From NCBI GenBank assembly GCA_963664325.2, contig CAXXDQ010000003.1, positions 1,024,001 through 1,088,000 on the forward strand: a DNA stretch of 64,000 nt, read 5' to 3'. The stretch's first letter is position 1; the number at the start of each line of letters is the position of its first letter. The notes below the pieces were generated by a model, which did not search any database, had not been told where the DNA came from, and saw nothing but the letters and a program-made list of their open reading frames with translations. This document shows, piece by piece, positions 1-9,102 of this stretch. A program made the translations under genes and the position numbers. The DNA comes from Desulfomonilia bacterium. Lineage in GTDB: Bacteria > Desulfobacterota > Desulfomonilia > UBA1062.

Positions 1-774
1 GATTCGGAAGAAGTCAGTTCGATTTTAAAACCCTATACAGCAAAATCCGATGCGCGCACCCTGGTCTATTTCGGGCGAAGAATTCGTGCATACTGGGCGG
101 ATACGGTACAGAGCACCGTGAATATTTTTGAAAAACTCGCCATAAATTTTTCCGCTCTGCCCGAAGATCCTGATACCGGGAAGCTTGCATATTTCCTGGG
201 CTTTTCCAAAGAGGCAGCAAGGCTGGCAAAAAAATTCAAGGAGACTATAGAATCGCACGCGCCCAAAACACTTGTGGTCTTGTCGGCCGATGACCTGAGA
301 ATGCTCAAACTGGAATATCCGAAACTGGGCCTTGATTTCAAAAACATGGAAATCATCAGCCTGCCGGAATTCCTGCTTGCAGTTCTCAAAGAAAAAAAGC
401 CAGCGCTTGCAGGCTTCAAAAAAAGACGGGTCACATACCACGACCCCTGCGGGCTGGGCCGCGAGCTTCGTGTTTTCGAAGCGCCGCGAGATATCATACG
501 CATGGTCCCCGGCATAAAGCTTGTCGAGATGGCTTTTTCCCGCGATCAGGCCCCGTGCTGCGGCTACGGCTCCGGGCTCGAGATAAGCCATCCCGAAATC
601 ATGCGCGAAATGGCGTCCCGCCTGATTGCCGTCGCTCGCGAGTCAAAGGCGGATGTCCTTGTGACCGGCTGCCCCACATGCCGCAGCGTCCTGCTCGATA
701 ACATGAAAAAGGGCGGGGATACCGGACCTGAAATCCTCGACATCCCGGGTTTCCTTGAAAGGTGTCTGCAATGA
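1..774 (+). CDS. (Fe-S)-binding CCG-domain protein (GlpC/HdrB-like), 5'-truncated by window edge
   Basis: Frame is open from base 1. Motifs TYHDPCGLGR, CCGYG and VTGCPTC are typical of the CCG domain. Stop overlaps the next ATG (ATGA). Confidence 0.85.
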   Translation, partial: DSEEVSSILKPYTAKSDARTLVYFGRRIRAYWADTVQSTVNIFEKLAINFSALPEDPDTGKLAYFLGFSKEAARLAKKFKETIESHAPKTLVVLSADDLRMLKLEYPKLGLDFKNMEIISLPEFLLAVLKEKKPALAGFKKRRVTYHDPCGLGRELRVFEAPRDIIRMVPGIKLVEMAFSRDQAPCCGYGSGLEISHPEIMREMASRLIAVARESKADVLVTGCPTCRSVLLDNMKKGGDTGPEILDIPGFLERCLQ

Positions 775-2435
775 ACGAAGAATTGATATCATGGAGCGCG
801 AAAGACCGTCCGGAATATCTTAAAAAGCTCAAAGAAACAACATTCGATGTATTGATCGTTGGAGGCGGTATCACCGGCGCGGGCGTTCTGCGCGAATGCG
901 GGCTTCAGGGGTTCAGAGCGGCCCTCATTGAAAAGGATGACTTCGCGTTCGGGACATCATCCAAAAGCACGCGTCTGGCACACGGCGGGGTCCGCTATAT
1001 CATAAACGGCGAGTTCGGTCTGGTGCGGGAGGAAACGCACGAGCGCGACTGGATGCGCGGCGCCTTTCCCAACCTCGTGCGGCCAGTGCCGATCATCTTC
1101 GCCTGCTACAGCCTGAAGGAAGCGGTCACGGTCGGGATAGTGCTCACTATTTACGACGCCCTGTCAGGCTGGAAGAATTACCGCATCACGCGCTTTTTAA
1201 ACTTAGACAAGATCAGGAAGCTCGAACCGGATATGACCTTTAAGGGCATACATTCAGGATACCTTCTCTACGAGTGCATAACCAACGATGCCCGGCTTAC
1301 CGCCGAGGTCGTAAAGGAAGGGGTCATGCTGGGGGGAATGGCACTCAACTATGTGAGCGCAAAAGAGGTGCTCATGGAAAACGGCCGCGCCGCAGGTGTT
1401 GCCGCCCTTGACCGGGAAACCGGCGAGACCGTAACCATTAAGGCGAAAAATGTCGTTAATGCATCAGGGCCGTGGACCGACGGGCTCCTTCCCAAAGATT
1501 ACAACGAAGGCAGCCGCCTGATCAGGCCTGCAAAGGGCGTGCACATCGTGGTCAAACGCGAGGCGATAGGCAACCGCGGAGGGCTCTTTGTCAAGAATCC
1601 TGTGGACAAGCGTGGTGTCTTCGTGCTGGCCCACGGCGATTTTACCTATCTGGGGACTACCGACACCGAATATTCAGGTGACCTCGACAACTGCTACACT
1701 GAAAAAGAGGAGTACGGGTATTTCAAGAACATCACCAATGCGAGCCTTCCTGCAGCAAGGTTCGAACCGGAGGACCTTGTGGGCACCTATGCCGGAAACC
1801 GTCCGCTGGTGCACCAGGAAGGGCTCTCCGAAGACAAGACCTCGCGCAGGGAATATATCGACGAAGTGAAGCCCGGGTTTTTCGTGCTTACAGGCGGCAA
1901 GCTCACTATTTTCCGGACCATGGCGCTCAAGCTTCTGAATTACATGTCGGCGAGGGAAGCTTTTTCCATCACCGAACCCGACAGTAAAGTTTCTAAAAAA
2001 AGATTTTCCATTTCGCTTACAAAAGAAGAATGGAATAATCTTGTTCGCAAAACAATCGGTGACAAAGGCCCCGGGCTTGACAGCAGGACCCTCGAACACA
2101 TTTACCAGAACTACGGCAGAGGCGGCATCGCCATACTTGAAATGGTGCGGAACGATCCGTCCTTTGCCGAGCCCGTTACATACGATCAGCCCGACATCAT
2201 GGCCGAGATCGCCTACTGCATGGAATACGAGATGATCACGCACGTGAAGGACTTTCTGCTCCGCCGCACGAACCTCTCGCTGCATCAGCGCGAAAACCAT
2301 GAAGAGCTGGGCCGAAAAGTGGCCGGACGCATGGCGGCATATCTTGGCTGGAGTGAATCGCGCATCGAAGACGAAGTCAGGGAATATGCAGCTCTGGCCC
2401 GTAAGAACAAATTTTTCTTATCCGATAAGAGCTGA
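771..2435 (+). CDS. FAD-dependent glycerol-3-phosphate dehydrogenase/oxidase family protein (GlpD-like)
   Basis: DVLIVGGGITGAG, GTSSKSTRLAHGGVRY, VVNASGPW, GGKLT and C-terminal DFLLRRT motifs. Start placed at ATG 771, coupled to the upstream stop. Confidence 0.9.
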   Translation: MNEELISWSAKDRPEYLKKLKETTFDVLIVGGGITGAGVLRECGLQGFRAALIEKDDFAFGTSSKSTRLAHGGVRYIINGEFGLVREETHERDWMRGAFPNLVRPVPIIFACYSLKEAVTVGIVLTIYDALSGWKNYRITRFLNLDKIRKLEPDMTFKGIHSGYLLYECITNDARLTAEVVKEGVMLGGMALNYVSAKEVLMENGRAAGVAALDRETGETVTIKAKNVVNASGPWTDGLLPKDYNEGSRLIRPAKGVHIVVKREAIGNRGGLFVKNPVDKRGVFVLAHGDFTYLGTTDTEYSGDLDNCYTEKEEYGYFKNITNASLPAARFEPEDLVGTYAGNRPLVHQEGLSEDKTSRREYIDEVKPGFFVLTGGKLTIFRTMALKLLNYMSAREAFSITEPDSKVSKKRFSISLTKEEWNNLVRKTIGDKGPGLDSRTLEHIYQNYGRGGIAILEMVRNDPSFAEPVTYDQPDIMAEIAYCMEYEMITHVKDFLLRRTNLSLHQRENHEELGRKVAGRMAAYLGWSESRIEDEVREYAALARKNKFFLSDKS

Positions 2436-2458
2436 CTGTTTTTTAAAGGAGCGTCAGG

Positions 2459-4009
2459 ATGAGTTACGAAGATGATCTGATCCTGGCCATAGACAGCGGC
2501 ACCCAGAACGTGAAGGCGGCCGTATTCGATCTGAACGGCAATCAGCTTGCGCTGTCGCGTATGGCGAACGAACCGGATTCGGCCCCTTTTCCCCGCTGGG
2601 TGGAGCACGACCCGGAAGACTACTGGAAGAAACTTTGCGCCACGGTGCGCCAAGTGCTTGGCGCAATCGGCCCCGGCATCGGGAAACTCAAGGCAGTCGG
2701 GCTCACCTCGCAGCGCGGCACGGTCATCCCCATGGATAAAAAAGGCAATATCCTGCGGCCTGCCATTATCTATCTGGACGGACGCGAAACTTTCGGGCTT
2801 CCGCCTTTAGGCGGCTTCTGGGGCCTCTTTTTCAAGGCCATAGGCAAAAAGAGCGCCATAGACTATGTGCGCAGACATTCGCGCTTCCTGTGGATCAGAG
2901 AGAACGAACCCGATGTATACAGCCGGACACACAAGTTCATGCAGGTCGCGAGCTTTCTTAACTACCGGCTTACCGGGCAGATCAACGAATCCATCGCCAT
3001 GATGGTGGGCATGTTCCCGATAGACTACACGAAATTCAAATTCTATCCGTTCAGGGGGATTCACGAGGCATTCGGGGTGACGCCGGCGATGCTGCCCGAG
3101 CTGATGCGGCCGCAGAGCATAACCGGCCGCATCACAAGGGACGCCAGCCGCGAGACCATGATCCCTGAAGGCCTGCCCGTCGTTGTTGGCGGCGGAGACC
3201 AGCAGTCTGCCATGATCGGCATGGGCGTTACCGATGAAAGGCATGCCTCCCTTGTGCTCGGGACGACCATCGGCCTCAATATCCCCTCGAAGAAATATAT
3301 CAATGACAAGGACATAATCTTCCTGCCCTGGCCCTCGGCGATCCCGGATGAATACATACTTGAAGTGGGTGTGGGCAGCGGCCTGCTGACCATATCCTGG
3401 TTCGTGAAGGAACTTGCAGGGCACGAAGCCGCGCTCTCCAGGGAACAGAACAGGCCTGCCGAAGAGATTCTGGAGGAGGCTATCCGCGACATACCGCCGG
3501 GCTCGCTCGGCCTGATGGTCCAGCCTTACTGGAACGCGCCGTTCCACCGGCCCGAGGCCAGGGGTGCGATGCTTGGCTTCTCCATGGCCCATACCCGCGC
3601 ACACCTCTACCGGGCGATTCTCGAAGGCATGGCATATGAGATCAGGGCCGGATACGAGGCCATCCATAAAGAGACCGGTTTTACTCTCGCCGAGATACGC
3701 GTTTCCGGCGGCGGCTCTCAGAGCGACATGCTGCTCGCCATACTGGCCGATGTCCTTGGCATACCGGCTGTCCGCACCAGAGTGGGTGAAGCAGGGGCCC
3801 TGGGTGCGGCCATATGCGCCGCGGCAGGCGCGGGACTTCTGCCCGATTTCAGGGCCGGGATAGAAAAGATGGTGCATGTAAAAGACCGCTTTGAGCCCAG
3901 TCCCGAGAACCGCAGGACCTATGAAACGATGTACGCTACCTACCGGAAAATCTATCTGCGGGTGGGGGACCTGTATCAGGAGACCGAAAACATTGCATCG
4001 GACAAATAA
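2459..4009 (+). CDS. FGGY-family carbohydrate kinase
   Basis: LAIDSGTQNVKA phosphate-1 motif, GGGDQQS, HLYRAILEG, VSGGGSQS. RBS AAGGAG upstream. Confidence 0.92.
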   Translation: MSYEDDLILAIDSGTQNVKAAVFDLNGNQLALSRMANEPDSAPFPRWVEHDPEDYWKKLCATVRQVLGAIGPGIGKLKAVGLTSQRGTVIPMDKKGNILRPAIIYLDGRETFGLPPLGGFWGLFFKAIGKKSAIDYVRRHSRFLWIRENEPDVYSRTHKFMQVASFLNYRLTGQINESIAMMVGMFPIDYTKFKFYPFRGIHEAFGVTPAMLPELMRPQSITGRITRDASRETMIPEGLPVVVGGGDQQSAMIGMGVTDERHASLVLGTTIGLNIPSKKYINDKDIIFLPWPSAIPDEYILEVGVGSGLLTISWFVKELAGHEAALSREQNRPAEEILEEAIRDIPPGSLGLMVQPYWNAPFHRPEARGAMLGFSMAHTRAHLYRAILEGMAYEIRAGYEAIHKETGFTLAEIRVSGGGSQSDMLLAILADVLGIPAVRTRVGEAGALGAAICAAAGAGLLPDFRAGIEKMVHVKDRFEPSPENRRTYETMYATYRKIYLRVGDLYQETENIASDK

Positions 4010-4032
4010 TTCATTATTTATTTCAGAGTGAG

Positions 4033-5397
4033 GTGAATATGGATACTATTGAAGAAAGAGACCGGCTAAACATTTCCACAAAAATATTTTATCTGTTCGG
4101 CGACATAGGCATATCCATGTGCCTGTCGGCCGTTGCGTTCTTCATCCTGTTCTATTATGCCGATGTGGCCAAGGTCGATCCGGCCCTTGTAGGAACGGCC
4201 CTTCTGCTGGGCAAGCTCTGGGACGCCGTCAGTAATCCGCTCTTCGGCTGGATTTCCGACCGCACCAAGTCGCGCCATGGCCGGCGCAAGGTCTATCTCT
4301 ACTATGCCTCGATCCCTCTGGGCCTGTCCTTTGCCTTGCTCTGGGCCATGCCCGAAGGCCTGACCGGCATCCTGACCACGGTCTGGATTATCGTCACATT
4401 CCTTTTGTACTACACATTCGACAACATCGTAGGGGTATCCTACTATGCCATGACCCCGGAGCTCACGCGCGACTATGATGAGCGCACCAGCCTGACGACC
4501 TTCCGCATGATCGGCGGCACCGTGGGCTACATGGCAGGCGCCGCCCTGCCGCCGTTTATCGCGGGGCTGTTCGCAACCGGAAAGATCGGGTGGAGGATGA
4601 TGGGGATCATGTTCGCGGTTTTTGCCATTATGTGCCTATATATAACGGCCTTCGGGGTCAAACAGCGCAAAGAGCTGGAAGGCCCGCCCTCCACGCTGCC
4701 GGTCTTGCCTTCCATCATCACCTGTTTCAAGAACAAGCCGTATGTGTATCTGATCATTCAGGGCCTTTTTACAGGCATCAGCTTTGTCCTGGTGATGTCG
4801 TACATGGCCTTTTACCTCACCTACCAGCTCAACATGAAGGACAAGATACCGGTCATGATGGTCCTGCTGCTGGCGACGATAGGCGTTTTTCTCTTTCTCT
4901 GGAAGTGGATCACCGACAAATGGGCCAAGGGCCCGACCTATGCACTGGGTCTGTTCATCGCTTTCGGCGCCACCGCGTTATCGTTCTTTTTGCCGCAGGG
5001 CGGCAGCTTCTGGATCTACCCTATTGTCTTCGTGGCCGGGTTCGGATTCTCCGCACAGTGGGTGCTGCCCTGGTCGATCATACCGGATGTGATCGAATAC
5101 GACGAGCTGATCACCGGAGAGAGGCGCGAAGGGATCTACTATGGGGTCAAGGGTCTGACCGACAAGGTTGCCTGGGCCCTTGGGCTTTTTGTAGGCGGCT
5201 GGGTGCTGAAGCTCTTCGGCTTTGTGCCTGAAGCCGCACAGAGCGCGAAATCTCTGCTTGGAATCCGGCTCTTTTTCGGCCCGATCCCGGCGCTCGTGAC
5301 ATTCATCAGTCTGCCGCTCCTGATCTGGTTTCCCATAAACCGCAAAACCCATGCCGAAATACTGGCCAAGCTGAAGCTCAAAAAGGGCGAGAGCTAA
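4033..5397 (+). CDS. MFS transporter, glycoside-pentoside-hexuronide (MelB-like) family
   Basis: Many hydrophobic segments; WDAVSNPLFGWISDRTKSRHGRR, ELTRDYDERT and DVIEYDELITGERREG motifs. Confidence 0.92.
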   Translation: MNMDTIEERDRLNISTKIFYLFGDIGISMCLSAVAFFILFYYADVAKVDPALVGTALLLGKLWDAVSNPLFGWISDRTKSRHGRRKVYLYYASIPLGLSFALLWAMPEGLTGILTTVWIIVTFLLYYTFDNIVGVSYYAMTPELTRDYDERTSLTTFRMIGGTVGYMAGAALPPFIAGLFATGKIGWRMMGIMFAVFAIMCLYITAFGVKQRKELEGPPSTLPVLPSIITCFKNKPYVYLIIQGLFTGISFVLVMSYMAFYLTYQLNMKDKIPVMMVLLLATIGVFLFLWKWITDKWAKGPTYALGLFIAFGATALSFFLPQGGSFWIYPIVFVAGFGFSAQWVLPWSIIPDVIEYDELITGERREGIYYGVKGLTDKVAWALGLFVGGWVLKLFGFVPEAAQSAKSLLGIRLFFGPIPALVTFISLPLLIWFPINRKTHAEILAKLKLKKGES

Positions 5398-5732
5398 TCA
5401 TTATCCTTCCCCTGTCGAATTTAAAAGATCCCCGGCTTTGTCAGGGGGCTTAAGAAATACATAGACGGTCCCACCCGTTTATTCCGGAAAAATATCAGGC
5501 CAAAATACACGTTGGACAACATGCGTCCAGGAATGATGCCTGTAATTATCTCATGGTTTAATTCACAAAGGCGATTTAACCGTACCAGACACCTTTTTGA
5601 TATCACAGGCAGATAACAAGCTTTACAAAAAAGTCTGAGGCAGGTTTATCAATGTTGTCTGAAAGTGTAGATAACGTGATAAAATCTATGGTTCGTAGAT
5701 AAGCTCAAAGACTGTATATATCTTCTGGATGT

Positions 5733-5762
5733 GAGCCGTCCGCTGGATTAGCTTGTTGGCTG
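5733..5762 (-). other. Truncated attC site (left half only)
   Basis: Minus strand CAGCCAAC-AAGCTAATCCAGCGGACGGCTC lies downstream of the cassette ORF. CAGCCAAC is the complement of the G/TTGGCTG that starts the same cassette. No matching right arm found. Confidence 0.65.
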
Positions 5763-5824
5763 CTTTGCCTATCCTTGCTCGGTGCCTGGCAGATCTTCCA
5801 ATATATGCGTTCGTTGCATCAAAA

Positions 5825-6535
5825 TTATGTTGGTTCCCGGTCGAGTGCTGCTTTCTTGGCAGCATCTTTTTCGGATGCACTAAGGCCCAATCGATCGACA
5901 CACCTTTCACAAATGAGCCATCCGAAAGATTGTGTTATCGAGGCCTCCTTCATCTCAGCGAAGAAATCTTGCATAGCACCTGTCTTTTGCATAGTTGCGT
6001 CATCTACATAATACCCATCGCCAAATGAAATGGGGTACGAAGAACCCCAAAAGGTTCCATGTGTATTGCAGCAGTATGCTTTCTTGCTTGTTATTTCTTT
6101 GGCCTGCAATGAAGCGTGCACAGAGGCCGCAAAAGGAAGTGCAGGATCCTTAGCATCCAATTTTGGCTCTGTGCCGAATACTGTTTCCCATGCCTTCTGA
6201 GCGGCAGCGAATGCGGGAGGAAATTCTGCAGTACCGAAGTAGGAGGGAAGCTTGCCTGTTTGCTGCCATGTCTGAAAATACTGGCGAGCCTTGGACTTGT
6301 CTACAGAAAACATGTCAATGCAGGACGCACATAATACCCATCCGGTATTGTCGGCAGCCCTACCGAATACATAGGAAGCGAGTTTCTCGCCGTGTTCGCC
6401 AACATACTCGACCTGCTGAGGATAATAGTACCGAAAGAAGAACTCCCAATAGTTTACGTTGGTAACTACTTCAGTTGTTGACAGCATATAGGAACTGTCT
6501 TGCGCTAAGTCCATAGAACAAACATCACATCCCAT
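5825..6535 (-). CDS. Hypothetical integron cassette protein with repeated Cys-motif module
   Basis: Start reassigned to ATG 6535 (RBS AAAGGAGG, just after the attC crossover). Contains CDVC, GWVLCASCID, YCCNTH and GWLICERCVD. Confidence 0.75.
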   Translation of the reverse strand: MGCDVCSMDLAQDSSYMLSTTEVVTNVNYWEFFFRYYYPQQVEYVGEHGEKLASYVFGRAADNTGWVLCASCIDMFSVDKSKARQYFQTWQQTGKLPSYFGTAEFPPAFAAAQKAWETVFGTEPKLDAKDPALPFAASVHASLQAKEITSKKAYCCNTHGTFWGSSYPISFGDGYYVDDATMQKTGAMQDFFAEMKEASITQSFGWLICERCVDRLGLSASEKDAAKKAALDREPT

Positions 6536-6554
6536 GCGTATCCCCCTCCTTTCC

Positions 6555-6679
6555 AGCCAACGATCAAGCTGAGGCACAGCCACCAGAGGCCGACTCCGAA
6601 ATGGAACCGCGACAATCAAATTCCTGAACCGCTCCCACTCACCGGGGCGGTGGCTGTTGCCTCCAGCGCCTTGTTCGGC
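6555..6679 (-). other. Integron attC recombination site
   Basis: Minus strand R'' GCCGAAC 3 nt after the stop of 6683..7123; arm GCTGGAGGCAACAGCCACC pairs with GGTGGCTGTGCCTCAGC leaving two unpaired bases; R' G/TTGGCT; about 125 bp. Confidence 0.88.
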
Positions 6680-6682
6680 GTC

Positions 6683-7123
6683 TTACTCATTGATGAACAA
6701 CGCGTAAATTAGGTGACCGCCATCAGTTACTGGGTCACGCAGAGCAACGCGTTGGCCTGCGCGTATCACTAGATCAGTCTGGGATTTAGCCCTCGCGAGT
6801 TCACTTAAAGTGATGAACATTTCACCCTTCTTGACTAGGTCGAACAGGGCGTCGCGAGGATTCGCAGTGCCTTTCAGAAAGTCGGCAGATACATTTACCG
6901 CATAAGCCGTAGGTCCGTCACAGACGAGTTCTGCGGACTTGGAAACAGTAAGCTGCTCGCAACTGACTGCCTTCGGCACGATCTCTAAATCCGTTGCGAA
7001 AACAATCGCCTTGTGGAGATCGTCCATGTCCCAGAGGATGCCTCTCTTGTCAAACGCCTTCTTGGCTGCCTGTGAGGCTGTCATTAATCTCTCGAATCCT
7101 TCGCGAAACTCGTTTTGGTTCAT
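6683..7123 (-). CDS. Hypothetical integron cassette protein (146 aa)
   Basis: ORF fills the space between G/TTCGGC (7142-7136) and the complementary GCCGAAC of the attC. No recognisable motif. Confidence 0.75.
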   Translation of the reverse strand: MNQNEFREGFERLMTASQAAKKAFDKRGILWDMDDLHKAIVFATDLEIVPKAVSCEQLTVSKSAELVCDGPTAYAVNVSADFLKGTANPRDALFDLVKKGEMFITLSELARAKSQTDLVIRAGQRVALRDPVTDGGHLIYALFINE

Positions 7124-7135
7124 GGGCGTTGTCCA

Positions 7136-7158
7136 GCCGAACTATTGATTATACTGCA
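7136..7158 (-). other. Putative attI-like site at the head of the cassette array
   Basis: Minus strand TGCAGTATAATCAATAG/TTCGGC: crossover core without an attC-length hairpin upstream, loosely resembling attI1 TAAAACAAAG/TT. Confidence 0.45.
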
Positions 7159-7439
7159 GCAATTAAATGTTATCATACTTACCTCCCAACCGATCCGATG
7201 CTTAAAAATATCACGATAAAACCATTGATTCAAGCTATTATATGCTTTAATTTGTTTAAATATTAATGATTATACCGCTGAGAGATAATTGAGTTGAAAT
7301 ATTAATCATGCCTTATAATGTCATTCCAAAATAGCAAACAAAACTATAAAGTACTTTGCAAAACATTGAGCACTAATGGTGTCACCCATTAAAAGGTAGC
7401 TGTCAAGAGAGTAGGTTTCTCCGTTAGCAGAGGCGTTGG

Positions 7440-7828
7440 ACCCTTCTGCTTGCATGTGCAACCATAGCGATAATTGCTGTTTTACCATGCCCTGACTTGC
7501 CGCCGCCTTATTTTCTGTTAATATTGGTTACGGATGCCTGATCCGCACCAGTCACCCATCGGGATCAAGGTTATCTCGGGCTGCCCGAGGCCCGGAACTC
7601 TCGGGGGGGGGTCCGGGGCGAGAGGCAGCCCAACCCCTGGCTTGAAGCCCCAGAAAAAGCATCGGTTCATTGCCGTGTCCGATTTGTTTTCACAGGTTTT
7701 ATGGTTGCTGGCCAACACCTTCTGGCTCATGGCAATGGCGGTTGTCAAAGCATGGCGAGGGACGGCTGACAAATCAGGCCTTGTGGTTCTCATCCCAACA
7801 CCTTGAGGTCTTGCCGTCCCAGCCATAT
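7440..7828 (-). ncRNA. Putative bridge/seek RNA region in the 3' non-coding end of the IS110 (limits approximate)
   Basis: Long non-coding end downstream of the transposase. Contains AAGGCCTGA (7782-7774, target flank plus core) and ATGGGTGA (7559-7552, IS end plus core), each next to a potential stem-loop. Confidence 0.65.
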
Positions 7829-8848
7829 TCATGAAACCAGCATCTCCTCTTTATAGGGGACCTGATCCTTCATGATGTAGTAGCTGGCCCTTGCCAGCTT
7901 ATGGGCCAATGCCTTTATCGCTACAAACTTATTCTGCGAAGACTCCTTGCGCTGGTAAAAGGAATTGAGCCTTCTGTTGTACCTCCTTGCTATGTTTGCA
8001 GCCTCGATAAACGCCCATGCTAAATATTTATTACCGTTCTTTGAGTTGCCTTTACCTTTGACCTTGTCATTCGATGTCCACTTGCCGGATATGCACCTGC
8101 TGTATGACGAAAAGTTGCCGACTTTCTTGAATCTCGATATGTCTCCCACCTCATACATGATTGTTAATGCCAGAGTCTTGCCTATACCCGGAACTGTAAG
8201 AAGGTTTTCAAATTCCCTTCTGAGCCTGGCTTTCTCAAGAACCGCTTTTTCTATAACCCTGATCTCATGATCCAGAGTCCTTATAGTATTTACGCCGGAT
8301 ATTGCCATCAGCCTTGAATATTTGTCCTTGAAGAGCCTTTCTATTTCTTCTTCTTTAAGGGTCTTTATATCATATGAGTTGATTCTTCTTGCCGTGCACC
8401 TGTTGATCAGTCCTTGCAGAGAAAGAATATTGGAGGTCCTTTGATGAACAAAGAAAGTCCTCTTTCTGAACAAATCCCTCAGAGGCCTTTCTTCTTTCGG
8501 GTAAATATACCCTTTCCTCAAAATGCCGAGAGAAAGCATCTGGGCCAGCCAGAACGCGTCGCTCTTGTCATCTGAATGCTTCAGCCCGCTGTACTGATGA
8601 TTCGCAGCAGGGTTTGCAAGGCACACTTCATATCCGGAATCCATCAACCCGTCCACGAGCCAGTACCAGTTGAATGTGCTCTCAACTGTAATAGCCTTGA
8701 TGTTCTCCCTGAATGGTTCAAGTTCATAGACAATCTTGGGCAGTTCGTTCGGAAGCCTCCTGTGGTAAACCTTCTCCTGAGTGATCTTATCCAGTATCCC
8801 AACGTAAGTATTGTTCGAATGAAGATCCATCCCGACGTACAGTTCCAT
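7829..8848 (-). CDS. IS110-family transposase/recombinase
   Basis: DEDD-type residues VGMDLHS, TVESTF and KHSDDKSDA; LLTVPGIG; SKNGNKYL; ALAHKLAR. Start at ATG 8848 (MELYVG). Confidence 0.95.
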   Translation of the reverse strand: MELYVGMDLHSNNTYVGILDKITQEKVYHRRLPNELPKIVYELEPFRENIKAITVESTFNWYWLVDGLMDSGYEVCLANPAANHQYSGLKHSDDKSDAFWLAQMLSLGILRKGYIYPKEERPLRDLFRKRTFFVHQRTSNILSLQGLINRCTARRINSYDIKTLKEEEIERLFKDKYSRLMAISGVNTIRTLDHEIRVIEKAVLEKARLRREFENLLTVPGIGKTLALTIMYEVGDISRFKKVGNFSSYSRCISGKWTSNDKVKGKGNSKNGNKYLAWAFIEAANIARRYNRRLNSFYQRKESSQNKFVAIKALAHKLARASYYIMKDQVPYKEEMLVS

Positions 8849-8940
8849 CTCCTGTCCCTCCCTTCCTTCGCTTTCTATTCTCAACGTCCTCTGCTAGGGA
8901 GAAACTTACTACTCCTTAGAAACTGCCTTTTAGATGATTA

Positions 8941-9064
8941 TCAGGCCTTTATTCTTGATATTTATGTCGATTGGTTTTAGGTTTTTATTATGGATACATC
9001 GCTGAGTATCGAATATCCAAGAGCAGAATACGTTTTATTTTGTCAAGGATAAAGGCCTGACACA
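8941..9064. repeat. REP-like inverted repeat pair (IS110 target)
   Basis: TCAGGCCTTTATTCTTGATA (8941-8960) and TGTCAAGGATAAAGGCCTGA (9041-9060) are 18/20 complementary. The match extends through TGTCA once the IS is removed. Confidence 0.75.
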
Positions 9065-9102
9065 CTGTCACCACATCTACATAAACAGGAGCAGTGGAAA
9101 TT

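Larger units (their letters stand above)
7385..8943 (-). mobile_element. IS110-family insertion sequence (IS1111-like layout), 1559 bp including one copy of the TCA core
   Basis: TCA core at both junctions (7382-7384, 8941-8943). Imperfect sub-terminal inverted repeats at 7390-7438 and 8882-8932. Removing the element restores GGTGTCAGGCCTTTATTCTTGATA, which matches the inverted copy at 9041-9064. Confidence 0.88.

Noticed and set aside
2807-3877. Long antisense ORFs (this one, 25..591, 55112..55798, 60586..61443 and similar)
   Set aside because: Shadows of well-supported genes on the opposite strand.
6536-6619. N-terminal extension of ORF 5825..6619
   Set aside because: It lies inside the attC; ATG 6535 has a strong RBS.
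7518-7832. 104 aa and 90 aa ORFs inside the IS110 3' end
   Set aside because: No motifs; they overlap the structured non-coding region holding target and donor matches.
7385-8943. IS1111-attC type insertion into an attC site
   Set aside because: The reconstructed target is the REP-like repeat about 240 bp from the cassette array, not an attC.
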